Notes under the pieces: model-generated
What the model was told of the DNA's origin: nothing
The model's input: the letters and a program-made list of their open reading frames with translations, nothing else
The model's database searches: none
Position numbers and translations under genes: made by a program
Shown here: one piece after another, positions 37,832-51,214 of the stretch
How the letters are laid out: every line of letters starts with the position of its first letter
Numbering within the stretch: the stretch's first letter is position 1
Assembly: GCF_004010195.1 (NCBI RefSeq)
Contig: NC_057718.1
Span: 20,140,372-20,204,371, forward strand
Direction: 5' to 3'
DNA from: Chiloscyllium plagiosum
Taxonomy: Eukaryota
DNA length: 64,000 nt

Positions 37832-38039
37832 ATAGGTTAAATTATTCTATATGTTGTTTTCTTTTGTTTGTGTTTCATTTGGTAATCTTGGAAAGAAATT
37901 CTATTTTGTTTAAAACCAAGTGGTTAACCACCTGTATCACTCCTGGAATATTTGCTTCACATTTGCTTAAAACTAGCAAAGTTAGAGTCTGGGCTACTTT
38001 CTTGAAATATTTTAAGGGGCTCTGGCCTGGTCCATGACA
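37832..38039 (+). repeat. 3' remnant of the LTR of copy D
   Basis: Reverse-complement match to 17240-17460; ends GGCCTGGTCCATGACA. Confidence 0.75.
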
Positions 38040-39220
38040 GATACATTAGAAGGGCTCCTGGAGATTTATCCACTCATTTATTTTTAAAGACCTCCAACAC
38101 TTCCTCTTCTGGGACGTAAGCTGTTTTCAAAACATCAGTACTTCCCAGAGATTGCTAGTCTCCATTTCTTTCCCGAAATAACAAATGACAAAATATTCTC
38201 TCCCATCTCCTGAGTTCCAACACAATGACTCTCTCTGGCTGCTATCTTCTTTTGTATGTACTTATAGAATCTCGATTATCCTTAAGATATTTTCCAAGGC
38301 TATCTCCTGTTCCCTCTGTCTTCCTGACCTCCCTCTTAGGAATGTCCCTACACCCCGAATACTATTCAAGAAATTCATTTGAACCAAGTTGTCTCCATCT
38401 AAAAATGATTTGCCATTCTTGACTAGAACCTCAATATCTTTATTCATTCTCTAATCCCACAAACCTTACCTTTCACTAACAGGAACATAATGACTCTGAA
38501 CTCATTATCATACTTTTGAAACCTTTCCACTTGTCAGACATCCCTTTACTTGTGAACAGTCTACGCCAATCAATTTTTGCAACTTGTCTGATACAATTAG
38601 AGTTTTCCTTACTCCAATGAAAAACTTTAATTTTTATGGAAGGTCTATCCTTTTCCATGACTATTTTAAAATAAATAGAATTATGATCACCAGACCCAAA
38701 GTGTTCTCCTATCACTTCAATCACTTGTCCTGTCATATTACCGAAGAGCTGGTCAAGTTTTGCTCCTTCTCTCATAGGAAGATTTACATATTGATCAAAA
38801 AAATTTTCTTGAACACATTTAAAATCTTCACCATCCAACCTTTTAACACTATAGTAGTTCCGATCAACATCTGAAAAATTAAAAATCTATTACAACCTTG
38901 TCATTCTTACATAGATCTGAAACATATGTGCATCTATTGGGGGTCTAAAGTACAATTCCATCAAGGCAAATAATTTCTTTATTTGTACTTTCAACCCATA
39001 TATTTTCACTGGATTATTTTTTTTCATAAATATATTCTCTACTTACAGCAGCGAATGTTTACCTTCAAAGCCGCCACTCCCCCACCCCCACTTTCTACAG
39101 CATCCAAAAGCTGGAACATTGAGCTGTCAGTCCTGTCCTTGCCTCAGCAAAGTTTCTGTAATAATTATGATAACCCAATCCAGTGTGCCCAAACATGCCT
39201 CTAGCTCATTGGACTTACCT
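38040..39220 (-). mobile_element. Degenerate CR1 LINE (endonuclease region)
   Basis: ORF 38476-38838 (CVQENFFDQYV..PMREGAKLD...GEHFGSGDHNSI) is the CR1 APE C-terminus. Confidence 0.75.
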
Positions 39221-39289
39221 GCAATGATCAAATACAAGAGACTTTCTTTCGAATTACATCTGCACCTGCGTAATTCTAATGAACCACAG

Positions 39290-39820
39290 ATCAGTTTTTA
39301 CGTGGATTAGGAGTGCAGTGTTATTAGAATAGTCATGGGGAGAAGCCAAAAGAGCATTTTTACAACTCAGCTGCGACTTTGCAGAAGCTTGAAGACTGTG
39401 GTTTCAGAGTTTGGAAAAACGTGAACTTTTCAACTACCGTCAAATATTTAGGACACATCATAGAGAATAAGGGACTACAAAAGTCATCCTTCAAAAGTGA
39501 AAGCCATAACTGAAACACTAGTTCATAAAACTGTCAACCAACTACAATCATTTCTGGGCTTGCCAAATTAATATGGCAGGTTTGTCCCACATCTTGCAAC
39601 CATTCACAGGCTGTCATACAATACATGATGCGAAAACATGGAAATAGGAAGATAACTGTGAAAGAGCCTTTACACAAGTCAGAGGCTTTAAAGTCCTGAC
39701 CCATTTTGACCCAAGTTACCTTTGTAGCTAGCGTGCTACGCATCAGCAAATGGAGTGGGAGCAATTGATTCTTACATATTACCTAATGGTGAAAAGCAGC
39801 CAATACTTTTGCAGATAGAT
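39290..39820 (+). mobile_element. Old Gypsy (non-Gmr1) RT/RNase H fragment
   Basis: Degenerate VKYLGHII..KGL, QLQSFLGL, LTHFDPKLP..ACYAS..GVGA and LPNGEKQPI.FA motifs. Confidence 0.65.
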
Positions 39821-40450
39821 TTTTCAGAAACCTGAGTTGAGGGCTATGGTGAGTTGGCATGAATAAAGGAGTTCAGACCATGATTTTGTTGAAAGGGGAG
39901 TCAAGATTGAGGGGCTGAATGGTATATCCTCAGGCCCTCAGTTCCTTTTGTTTTATCAGAGCCTTCTCTGTGATGTATAGTTCTATGGTTCTAGAAAACA
40001 TTACACAAATGCAAACTGTTTAACAATACCTTTTCAAGAAACACATTTTCAATTTAGTTTTGTCAAATCTTGACATAACAATCTTCTCAAAACATAGTAT
40101 GCCTAAACCGTCTTGCCTTGAGCCCTTTATTTCCTCCCCTCATTATCTGACTAAAGCTAGTTCTCAGTCACTACCAAGAACAAGGTTTGAGCTTGTAACT
40201 ACAGGATTCTTTAAATGGCTTCTTCACAGCACATACTCTTCATTAAGGAAATTGTTGTGTAGTATTGTATATTGAGATTTAGCAAAGCCAAATATATTGA
40301 TGAACACATCGAGAAATAGGTAGTGGATGATTAGAACTTAATTTGGAAGGGAGCAGATTCTTTGTAAAATGGTCTGGAGTAGATATATTGAAAGAGAATT
40401 CAGTTGGAAGAAATGGTTTGAATATAGGAGACAAGAATAAGGAGTTCAAA

Positions 40451-40768
40451 ATGCCCAGTGTAGAAATAGGCCATTTAGCCCAACAAGTCCATGCTGACCC
40501 TCTGAACAGCATCCCACCCAGACCCATTCCCTTACCCTATAACCATGTATTTCCCTTGGCTAATGCACCTAACCTACACATCCCTGAACACTATGGGAAC
40601 TTCGCCAGGCCAATCCACCTAATGTGCACATCATTGGACAGTGGGAAGAAACCACAGGACTCAGCGCAGACCCACATAGACACTGGGAAAATGTGCAAAC
40701 TCCACACACTGAGGATAGAATTGAACCAGAGTCCCTTGCGCTGCGAGACAGCAGTGATAACCACTATG
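40451..40768 (-). mobile_element. tRNA-derived SINE (older HE1-like copy)
   Basis: Similar to the other SINE copies but more diverged. Confidence 0.75.
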
Positions 40769-41339
40769 TAATTTTCCCAATGTAATTTAGGAATATATAA
40801 ACAAGGAAAATCAACGATAGATTATTTCTCAGCAAGTCTGTAATGATGTCCCTTATGTTGTAAATCTTGTGATCACACATAATATTTACTGCTGGTGCAG
40901 GATTGTTGGCTACTTACTTTGAACATTAAGCTAGCTGCAATTTTTTAAAGTCACCAAGAGCACTTATTGAGAGTTTGATTTTTCAGCAGCACAAATGAGT
41001 ACAGTTCCTTTAGTTATTGCTGTGGCTCTGGAGTCACTTATTAGCCAGAGAAGTTGAGGATGGCAGATTTCCTTCCCTGAAAGACATTACTTTTACACTT
41101 CTCCAAAATGTACCCATACATCTGATCTTCCATGCCTCTGACTGTTTATGGGCCTATAGTACATCGTGAAATTATATATTTTGGTCCTAGGCTCTGCCAT
41201 GATGGAAGACATCCATTCCACATTTACCATCAAGCCCCTTAAGAATTCTGTTTGTTTCAAATGGATTAGCTCTCATTCTTCTAAATCTCAAAGGAGTACA
41301 GTCCCAGCAGTTTAACCTTTGATCCTAAGACAAGATCAG

Positions 41340-42220
41340 TTAGAGGTCGAGGTCCTTGTTGGTATCAATGATATGAGAAGTGCAGAATGAGATCTTGCAC
41401 CAAGAATTCAGGGAGCTAAGCAGTAGATTAAAAAGCAGGATCTCAAAGTTGTTACATACAAAGGATATCAATAGGAAATTTGCAGATGGCACCAACATTG
41501 GTTTTGAGTGGTTAGCGAAGATGATTGTAGGTTACAGTAAGATATAGATGGGTTGGTCAGATGGACAGACCAGTGACAAATGGTATTTAACCCTGAGAAG
41601 TGCGAGATAATGCATTGGAAGAAACAAAATGAGGGAGTATTAATGAATGGCAGGACACAGAGGAACACTGTGTTCTTGGGTAATTATTCACAGATCCCAC
41701 ATGGGACACGTACTTTCATCAGTCGTGGCATAGAGTACAACAGGGGGTACAGAAGAGGTTTACCAGGATGCTATCTCAGTTGGAGAAATTGAGCTATATG
41801 GAAAGACTAGGTAGGCTTGGATTGTTTTCTTTTAGAACAGAGAACACTGAGGAGGGATATGATTGAGGTGTATAAGATTGAGGGTATGGACAAGGTGAAT
41901 AGATAGCAGCTGCTCCTCTTGGTTGAAGGGTCAATCACAAGACAGCATAGTTTTAGGCTAAGTGGCAAGAAATTCAGAGGGGATTTGGGAAAAACATTTT
42001 CACTCAACTGGTAATGGAAATCTGGAATGCACTGCTGGGGAGTGGAGGCCAGAAACCTTACAACCTTTGAAAAACATTTGAATGAGCACTTCAAATATCA
42101 TAATATTCAAGGAAATGGGACAAGTGCAGGAAGTTAGGATGAACGCAATTGTAGTTATAGTTATGTCGGTACAGACCCGATGGGCTGAAGGGCTTTTACT
42201 GCAATGTATTAAGCTATGAA
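41340..42220 (+). mobile_element. CR1 LINE fragments
   Basis: KFADGT, FNPEKCEIMH and C-terminal CR1 motifs; GGGCTGAAGGGC tail. Confidence 0.75.
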
Positions 42221-44115
42221 TCAAGCTTCAGGAAAACAGTGTGTAATTCATGAAATTTACATTCTTGATCAAAAACATGATTTTCTAGATCATAGAAGGT
42301 ATTCATGTATTTGGTACAGTTCAGATAAAAGGTGTAGTACAATTATTTCATCATAGAGCCCATTACACAGTGAAGTGACTTAATTACATTAGTTGACTTG
42401 CCATTCACAAAAAGACAGGTGTACAGGTTTTACTTCAAAAACTGGGTAGCTATTTTCAGAAACAGATAGCAGCAGGGACAGCATTCGCAACTGACGAGAA
42501 CATAAAAGCAGAGGAAAAGAGAACAGATAGATTCCAATCTGCTTATGGGCAATTATTTCCCATGCCCAGATTGCTACCACATATTGCTGTTTGAGTACAT
42601 ATGTAGTCACACCAACATGTTGGTACCACCAAACAATGCCTTTGCCATTACCACTTCTATTATGTTGGATGAAAGCCATTGGACCAAGTAACTTGTTGAC
42701 TAACTATAACCAGCCTTTCCCAGCATATTTTTCCTATTGAGTTTCACCAGCTTCACAAATACTGGAAATCTGTTCAAAGGTTCAGCCACTTCTGGAAAGT
42801 ACTTTGTGCCATATAATCCAATGATGCTTTACCTTGTATTATTGTCTACTAGTTAACAAAATAGCTAGAGGCTAAAGGAGTGCATTGTTGCTCTAACCCT
42901 ACTACCCCACAGGTCCCAAAAAACTTTTACAGTTACAAAAATGGCAACTCACGTACGTTCTCTGCCATAGTTTAAAAAGCCAGGTTTCTTAAACAATTAT
43001 TGGTTTACCAAAACATAAAACCTATTCAAAACTTATTCATCTGCATTAGTCAGTTGACATTCAGCTATTTGAAAGAGGTAAATGCTCTCAATTTCCAAAA
43101 TACACATTTTAAGAAATTGCTTTATGAAACAGAAACAACTTTGGCCAACAGGTTATTCTTGAACGCAAAAACAAAAATGTTTCAAATTCTGTCTCACTGA
43201 TATCCTGGCATGTGCAGTCCTCATTCGTCAGCATCCATTTACCTACTCCATATTCAAGATATAGAACAATTCTTATGGATTTTGCACGTTGACTCCATCA
43301 CCCAAGTCAATTAAACTCAAACCTTTTCTGACAACAATAATGAAATTATACCATACAATAGAAAAAAATGTCAACTAGTATCTTTGAATCTAAATAAAAT
43401 GAATTTACTTAATATTTGTCCAAAGATAAGTTTTAAGAGGCCAACCACCAACAATTCATTTGCAGTTTATTTTACAAATGCTTATGTTACTAACTTTTGT
43501 ACACGAGAGAGCAGCTAAAAAAAAAATCCAAGCCAAAGGCACCCAACTTAAAATGAAATTTGTAACCATCTACAGAAATTGAAATTTTAAGATGCTTGGA
43601 ATACATGTGTTTGCAGGATTGTATTGCCTTAAATAAAGTTATCTACAAAATAAATTTCACTTAATTGCAGAAAACTGTACATTTTAAAAAGGTACAATGA
43701 TCTCAAAACAATACTTTTTCCCCCTCAAGTTGTTTCAAAATCCAAAATGCATTTCAAATAAATGCACATCTTGGCTAAATCACTCTTGATGTTTTGGCAC
43801 AGGGCACTTAGCACTGTTCCATCATCCACTTCCAGTCAAACTGGTCACAAACTGATCTTGTGTTCAGATTTTTTTTTCACAAAAACCAAAACAGCATTAA
43901 AAAATAATTAAATACAAACATATATAGCTTCTTTCTAGTGTTTAAAACTTTAGATTTATGCTTTAGACCCAAAAATAACCACTTGAATTCTGGAGGGCAG
44001 GGAAAAAACCCAATTTCTTCAGCATCTAGAGTTAATAGCACTTTCCTTCAATAATTTCCTTTCATGAGACCTTGCCAAAGTCCAAAAAGTACTGAATTTT
44101 CAGATTCCTTGAATT

Positions 44116-44280
<165 letters not shown>

Positions 44281-45270
44281 TTAACATGTTTGGATATCTT
44301 CAATGTATTACACCAGAAAGATACAAGGGGGTTTGAATTCTCTGTTGACACCTTAACTTCCAAGATGGGAAAGGCACCAAAGGGAAAACCACTTCAAACT
44401 TCTACTCTACAAGTCATGGAGGGTAGACCAGCACTCAAGATATACTAAGACACCTTGGAGTGCAGGTTCATAGTTCCTTTAAAGTGGAAGCACATTTAGA
44501 CAGGGCAATGAAGGCAACATTTGGTACGCTTGCCTGTATTGGTCAGAGCATTAAGATAGGAGTTGGGATGTCATATTGCGGCTGTACAGGACATTGGTTA
44601 GACCGCTATTGGAATACTTCACTCAACTCTGGTCTCTCATGTAAATCATGATTTGGAGGGGACTGTGTTGGACTGGGGTGTACAAAGTTAAAAATCACAA
44701 CACCAGGTTATAGTCCAACAGGTTTATTTGGAAGCGCTAGCTTTCAGGGCACTACTCCTTCATCAGGTGGTTGTGGAGTATAGGATTGTAAGACACAATA
44801 TATAGTAAAAGTTTACAGTAGTGATAAAATTGAAATTACATATTCAAAAAGAGCTGGATTATTTGTTAAATCTCTTATCTGCCAGTGAACTTTAATAATA
44901 GGTGCCATGTCAGCTCAGACAATGCATTGAAGATGTGAGGCTGTCTGTGCCCCAATGTTCAGACTGATTCTATTTCTAAAAAAGATTTAGAGGATCTTAC
45001 ATGGATTCATGCAATTTTTAAGCAAAATAAAACATAATTCTGCAAGTACAAATTCACCCCACAAACTTGGCTATGTGCCCTCGCATGCGTGCATGTAAAG
45101 GGGTAGAAGTCTGAGAGAGGATGCATGTGTGGGTGTGTATGTGAGAGCGTATGAGAGAGAGAGAGTCTGAGGGAGTGTATGGGTCTTTGGGTGCAGTGTA
45201 TGTAGTGCAACATGAACCGAAGGTCCCAGTTGAGGCCGTCCCCATGGGACCAAACTTGGCTATCAGCTAG

Positions 45271-45990
45271 CGAGCTTGGAGAAGATTTGAGGTTGAGGTT
45301 CTGGATATAGGTTTGCCCACGGAGCTGGAAGGTTCGTTTTCAGACGTTTCGTCACCATACTAACTAACATCAGTAAGCCTCCAGATGAAACACTGGTGGC
45401 ATGCCTTGCTTTCCATTTGTGTTTAAGTTTCCTTGGGGTGATAATGTCATTTCCTGTTCTTTTTCTCAGGGGGTGGTAAATGGGATCCAAGTCTGTGTTT
45501 GTTGAGACTGTTCCTGTTGGAATGTCATGCTTCTAGGAATTCTCGTGCGTGTCTCTGTTTGGCTTGTCCTAGGATGGATGTGTTGTCCCTAATCTGTACG
45601 TAAGGATACTAGTGAGAGTTGGTCATGTCTTTTTGTGGCTTGTTGATGCTAGTGTATCCTGGTGGCTAGTTTTCTGCCTGTTTGTCCAATGTAGTGTTTG
45701 TTACAGTTCTTGCAAGGTATTTTGTAAATAACATTAGTTTTGCTGGTTGTCTGTATAGGGTCTTACAAATTCATTAGCAGCTGTTTTAGTGTGTTGTTGG
45801 ATTTATAGGCCACCATGATGCCCAGAGATGCGAGCAGTCTGGCAGTCATTTCTGAGATGTCTTTGATGTAGGGGAGAGTTGCTAGGGTTTCTAGACGTGT
45901 TTTGTCTGCTCATTGGGGTTTGCTGCTGAGAAATCGGCAGACTGTGTTCATTGGGTACCCCATTCTTTTTGGATACACTGTATTGGTGAT
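45271..45990 (-). mobile_element. Second Penelope-like (Poseidon-type) element 3' end nested in the above
   Basis: Minus strand: TNVIYKIPCKNCNKHYIGQTGRKLATRI (GIY-YIG); degenerate hammerhead CTGATG...GGTGACGAAACGTCTGA at 45373-45340. Confidence 0.8.
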
Positions 45991-46731
45991 TTTCCTCACC
46001 TTGTCCCCACCCTGTACGCGGCATACTCATGTGACTCAGCCAACATTGTCTCTCATACGCTGCAGACAAGGATGCCCTGAGGCATAGTACATTGACGAGA
46101 CCAAGTAGATGCTACAGCAACGGGTGAATGGATATTGCACAACAATCACCAGCCAGGAGTGTTTCCTCCCAGTTGGAGAACATTTCAGCGGTCCAGGACA
46201 TTTGACCTCGGATCTTCGGGTGACCATCCTCCAAGGCAGACTTCGGGACAGGCAGCAACGCAAAGCAGCCAAGCAGTGGCTGATAGACAAGTTCAGTACC
46301 CATGGGGATAGCCTCAACTGGGACTTTGGGTTCATGTCACACTACAGGCGACCCCACCACACACACACACACACACTCCTACAGACCCGTACACTCACGC
46401 AGACCTTCTCTCATATACAAGCTCTCTCTCATATGCTCACACATACACACCCACACCCGCATCCTCTCAGACTTATTCCCCTTTTTACACACACACACAC
46501 GTTTGTGGGGTGGATTTGTACTTGCAGAGTAACATTTTATTTTGCTCAAAAATTGCATAACTTCATGTAAGAGTCTGTAAATCCTTTTTTAGAAACAGAA
46601 TCGGTCTGAACATTGGGACACAAACAGCCTCACATAGGGCACCTCACACCTCCAATGCATTATCTGAGCTGACATAGCACCTATTGCTAAAGTTCACAAC
46701 AATGTAACTTTTTTTAAAAAAAAGTTTTATT

Positions 46732-47033
46732 GTTAGATTAGATTACTTACAGTGTGGAAACAGGCCAGTCGGCCCAATAAGTCCACACTGACCCGCCGAA
46801 GCCCAACCCACCCAGACCCATTCCCCTACATTCACCCCCTCACCCAACACTACGGGCAATTTAACTTGGCCAATTCACCTAACCTGCACATTTTTGGACT
46901 GTGGGAGGAAACCGGAGCACCTGGAGGAAACCCACGCAGACACTGGGAGAACGTGCAAACTCCACACAGAGTTGCCTGAGGCGGGAATTGAACCCAGGTC
47001 TCTGGCGCTGTGAGGCAGCAGTGCTAACCACTG
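46732..47033 (-). mobile_element. tRNA-derived SINE (HE1-like)
   Basis: Same consensus as the other copies; (TTAGA)n tail. Confidence 0.88.
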
Positions 47034-48130
47034 GGATTTACACATGAAAACTGAAACCAACTTAGTCATTCTAAAAGATGAGAGATTTAAACAATCCAGG
47101 TTTTTTAAATGTATAATTTCAGTTGCATCACGCTTACCTTTCGATACAAGGTCTGTGTCTTATGATCTTGAACTCCACAACTACCTGAAGCAGTGCTCCG
47201 AAAGTGAGTGTTTCCAGATAAACCTGTTGGACTATAACCTGGTGTTGAGACGTTTAACTTTGCTAGAGGAAAGATGTTGTTAAAGATGAAAGGGTTTAGA
47301 AAAGACTCAAGGATATTACCAGGATTGGCAGGTTTGAGCTCTAGGTTGGGGCCATTTTCTTTGGAGTGCCAGAGGCTGAGGCATGACCTTATAAAAGTTT
47401 ATAAAATCATGAAGGGCGTGGACAGAGTGAATAGTCAAGATCTTTTTCCCCAGGCTAGGGGAGTTCAAAAGTAGAGGGCTTAGGTTTAAGGGGAGAGGCA
47501 AAAGATTTAAAAAGGGACCCAAGGGATAACTTTTTCACGGAGAGGGTGGTGTGTGTATGGAATGAGCTGCCAGAGGAAATAGTAGAGGCTGGTACAATTA
47601 CAATATTTAAAAGGCACCTGGATGGGTATACAAGTCAGAAGGGTTTAGAGGGATATGGGTCAAATGCTGACAAATGGAATTAAAATCAGTTGAGGATATC
47701 TGATCAGCATGGACAAGTTAGACTGAAGGGTCTGTTTCCGTGCTACACATTTCTATGACTCTGCATTAGACCCTGTATTTCCAACTTTTCCTAAGTATCT
47801 TATTTAATTTCATTGGGAACCGCCATATTCTCCAATTTAAACAGACAATTTAAGAGAGTCTTAGCATAGAGGAATTGCCCAATAGAATCCTCACCGTGTC
47901 GGGCAATTCCTTTGACGTCGACTGCAATGGGGGCTACATAGGATCCCTGTGTTGCTACCACTTAAGCCAGAATGACGACTATCTGGCCAGTGGAAAATCC
48001 TGGCCATTGTGTTGACCTAAGAGGCCTACTAACTGAAACCAGGGTACTTAATTATTTTGATAAAAATGTTCTAGATAATTTTTTAAATGGTTACTCACCT
48101 ACAGAATGCTTAAATAGCTCATTCCATTTA

Positions 48131-48460
48131 GGGGCAGCACAGTGGGTCAGTGGTTAGCACTGCAGCGTCAGGGACCCAGGTTGCTCGGGTGACTGTGTGT
48201 GGAGTTTGCTAAGTTCTCCCTATGTCTGTGTAAGTTTCCTCTGGGTGCTCCAGTTTCCTCCCACAGTCCAAAGATTTGCAGACTTCGTGGACTGGCAATG
48301 CTAAATTGCCCATAGAGTCCAGGAATATGTAGGTTAGGTGGATTAGCCATGGCAAATGCTGGGATAGATTAAGGGAATGGGTCTGGATGGGATACTCTTT
48401 GGAGGGCCAGCATGGACTTGATGGGTTGAATAGTTTGCTCCCACATTGTAAGGATTTGAT
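48131..48460 (+). mobile_element. tRNA-derived SINE (older HE1-like copy)
   Basis: GGGGCAGCACAGTGG...GTGGTTAGCACTG head; similar body and tail. Confidence 0.75.
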
Positions 48461-48785
48461 TGTTAACAGACAGTACATTCCTGATGGATTGAAAGGCGTT
48501 CGAACTTAAGTACTGCTCAAGGAAGACAAACTATTAAAAAATCTAGCTTGAAAAAGCAAGGTTAACATTTGAAGTCAATATTTTGACTATATTTTGTAAA
48601 TAGAGGCTGCTGTGATCCCAGGAAGTATCTGGTCAAAGAGAATAACTGAATTCAAGCTTCAAAAGATTTCAAGAAATGTAGGAAGCGACAACCAGCATGG
48701 TCATAATCTAAAAGTATTACAGATAAAAGCAAGATTTAATACAGGTCATGGTAACCATCTCTAGCAGAAAACACTAATAATTTCA

Positions 48786-48935
<150 letters not shown>

Positions 48936-49011
48936 TTATGAGATTTATATTTGTAATGATAGAGATCTATATAACAATTGCCATCTAGATTTAACAAAAC
49001 AGCACTTTTTA

Positions 49012-49101
<90 letters not shown>

Positions 49102-49399
49102 CTAAACAATTAATAACAAAATAAGATGTCAGTTTTAAAACAAAATACTGCAGATACTAGAAATGTGAAATAATATGAGTGTTGGAAATACCGCACAGGT
49201 TTGACCGTATTTCTGGAGAAAAGGCACTATGTAAGGTCATTGCAGTTGTACTTATTCTGGAAGAAAATGAGGACTGTTGATGAGTCAAAATGTGTGGTGC
49301 TGGAAAAGCACAGCTGGTCAAGCAGCATGAGAATCTAGCTCTGACTGAAAAATATTCAAGGTCTCTGCTTTCACTACCTTTCCAGGAAAAGTTCCAAAG

Positions 49400-50590
49400 A
49401 CTCATGACCTTCAAAATTTCACCTCATCTATTTTAAATGGGTGATTCCTAGTTCTAGATTTTCCCACAAGCATCAGTCTCTCTACATCTATCCTGCCAAG
49501 ATTTGTCAGGATCTTATGACTCCAGAATGTACAAGCCTATCATATCCAATCTTTCCTTCATAAGGCAATTCGCCAATTCAGGTATTAGAGCCAGAGATGT
49601 ACAGCATGCAAACTTGTCCAACTCGTCCATACCGACCAGATAACCCAACCTAGTCTGGTAAACTTTAATGAACTACTTCCAATGTCCTTACATCCTTCCT
49701 TAAATAGAGTGTTCAGTACTGTTCACAGTACTCCCAGATGTGGTCTCATTAGTGCCCTGTATAACGGATATGTAACAACCCTATTTTAGTATTCAAATTA
49801 TCTTGCGATAAGTGAAAAAATTTTAATAGCTTTCCTATTATTTTCTGTTCTTGCAGTTTAATGTTTTGTGGTTCAAGCTCTTGGACACCACAATTCCTCT
49901 GCATCTCAAGTCTTTCACATCTGCCCATTGTTTATATATACCTGTGTGTATCTCTCTCTCTATAACATTTCCACAATTTACTTCCTTACCTGTCTTTGTG
50001 ATATAAGCAAACCTGGCACCCATAACTTTCAGCACTTCATCCAAATATTTTTTAAGAATTGTGAACAGTGAGGACACAGCAGCAAGCCCTCCGTTAAGCC
50101 ACTATTTTCTTCTTGCCAACCTGATATTGACCCTCTATGCCAACTGTTTGCTTCCGGTTTGTCAGCCAAACGTCTACCTCATGCCAACCCCAATACTGAG
50201 CTCTTATTTTCCACAATAAGCTGTGATGTGACACTTATCAAACACCTTCTAGAAATGCAGGTACGGTCCATTCAGGAGTTATCATTTATCATTGCTATCT
50301 CTTCAAAGAACTCCAACGGATTGATTAAGCATATTTAACCTTTCACAAAACAATCCTGACTTTGCTTAAGTAACTTGAACTTCTTGAAGTGCTTTATAAC
50401 TTATTAAAATAATAGCTTCTAACATAGTTTGTATGACAGATGGTAAGCTAAATGGTCCATAGTTTCCTCTTTCTGTCTCCCTCCCTTTCTAAAGAGATTT
50501 CATTTAGAATCTTCCAATCTAATGGGACCATAGGTGAATCAAGGGAAATTTACCTGCTTTTGCTCCATTTCCCTTGTAGCACTATCTTAA
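49400..50590 (-). mobile_element. Degenerate CR1 LINE in YIPF4 intron 3
   Basis: Minus-strand remnants of LMRPHL-EYCEQY, FDKCHI and TIYHL-CR1-like motifs. Confidence 0.6.
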
Positions 50591-50995
50591 AAAAAAGATT
50601 CCTCAGTATTGAAAAATTAATCAATCTCATTTTTTTGTGAGGGTGGATTCCATCTTATTTGGTATGCTTTGTGATTTCACACCTAAATGATTTTGTTCTA
50701 ATTTTAAAGATATTTCCCTCCTTGTTTTTGGATTCCCTCAGAGGAAATAAAAAATCAAAACCAAAAGAACTGTTGATGCTGTAAATCAAACAAAAGCAGG
50801 AATTGCTGTAAAAGCTCAGCAGGTTTGACAGCATCTGTGAAGAGAAATCAGAGTTAACGTTTCAGGTCTAGTAACACTTTCTCAGTTAGAAATAAGATAC
50901 AAAGAAGTTATACAATTTATTATTTTGCTCATGCACCTTAATTATTAAAATCAGACTATGCTCTCCACCAAATGGCAGGAAATATATATAGTTCA

Positions 50996-51214
<219 letters not shown>

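Larger units (their letters stand above)
44667..47261 (+). mobile_element. Penelope-like (Neptune-type) element with inverted pseudo-LTRs
   Basis: GIY-YIG remnant at 46030-46345 (IRCRQGCPEA.YI.ET...PVGEHFS.PGH...LIDKF). 44690-45267 is the reverse complement of 46294-46720 + 47090-47261. Hammerhead-like motif at 44766-44738 (-). Confidence 0.8.
44450..47763 (+). mobile_element. CR1 LINE 3' part (44450-44640 + 47262-47763) split by a PLE complex
   Basis: LVRPLLEY-like remnant before the PLE, then RKDVVK...FFTERVVCVWNELP and the CR1 tail after it. Confidence 0.75.

Noticed and set aside
46358..46500. CA-rich microsatellite as an independent feature
   Set aside because: Part of the Neptune-type pseudo-LTR; mirrored at 45085-45200.
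50750..50885. Further hammerhead-like termini (also ~19120-19200, 49140-49260, 61020-61125, 62450-62520)
   Set aside because: Probably old PLE ends, but the core boxes are too degenerate to call as ribozymes.
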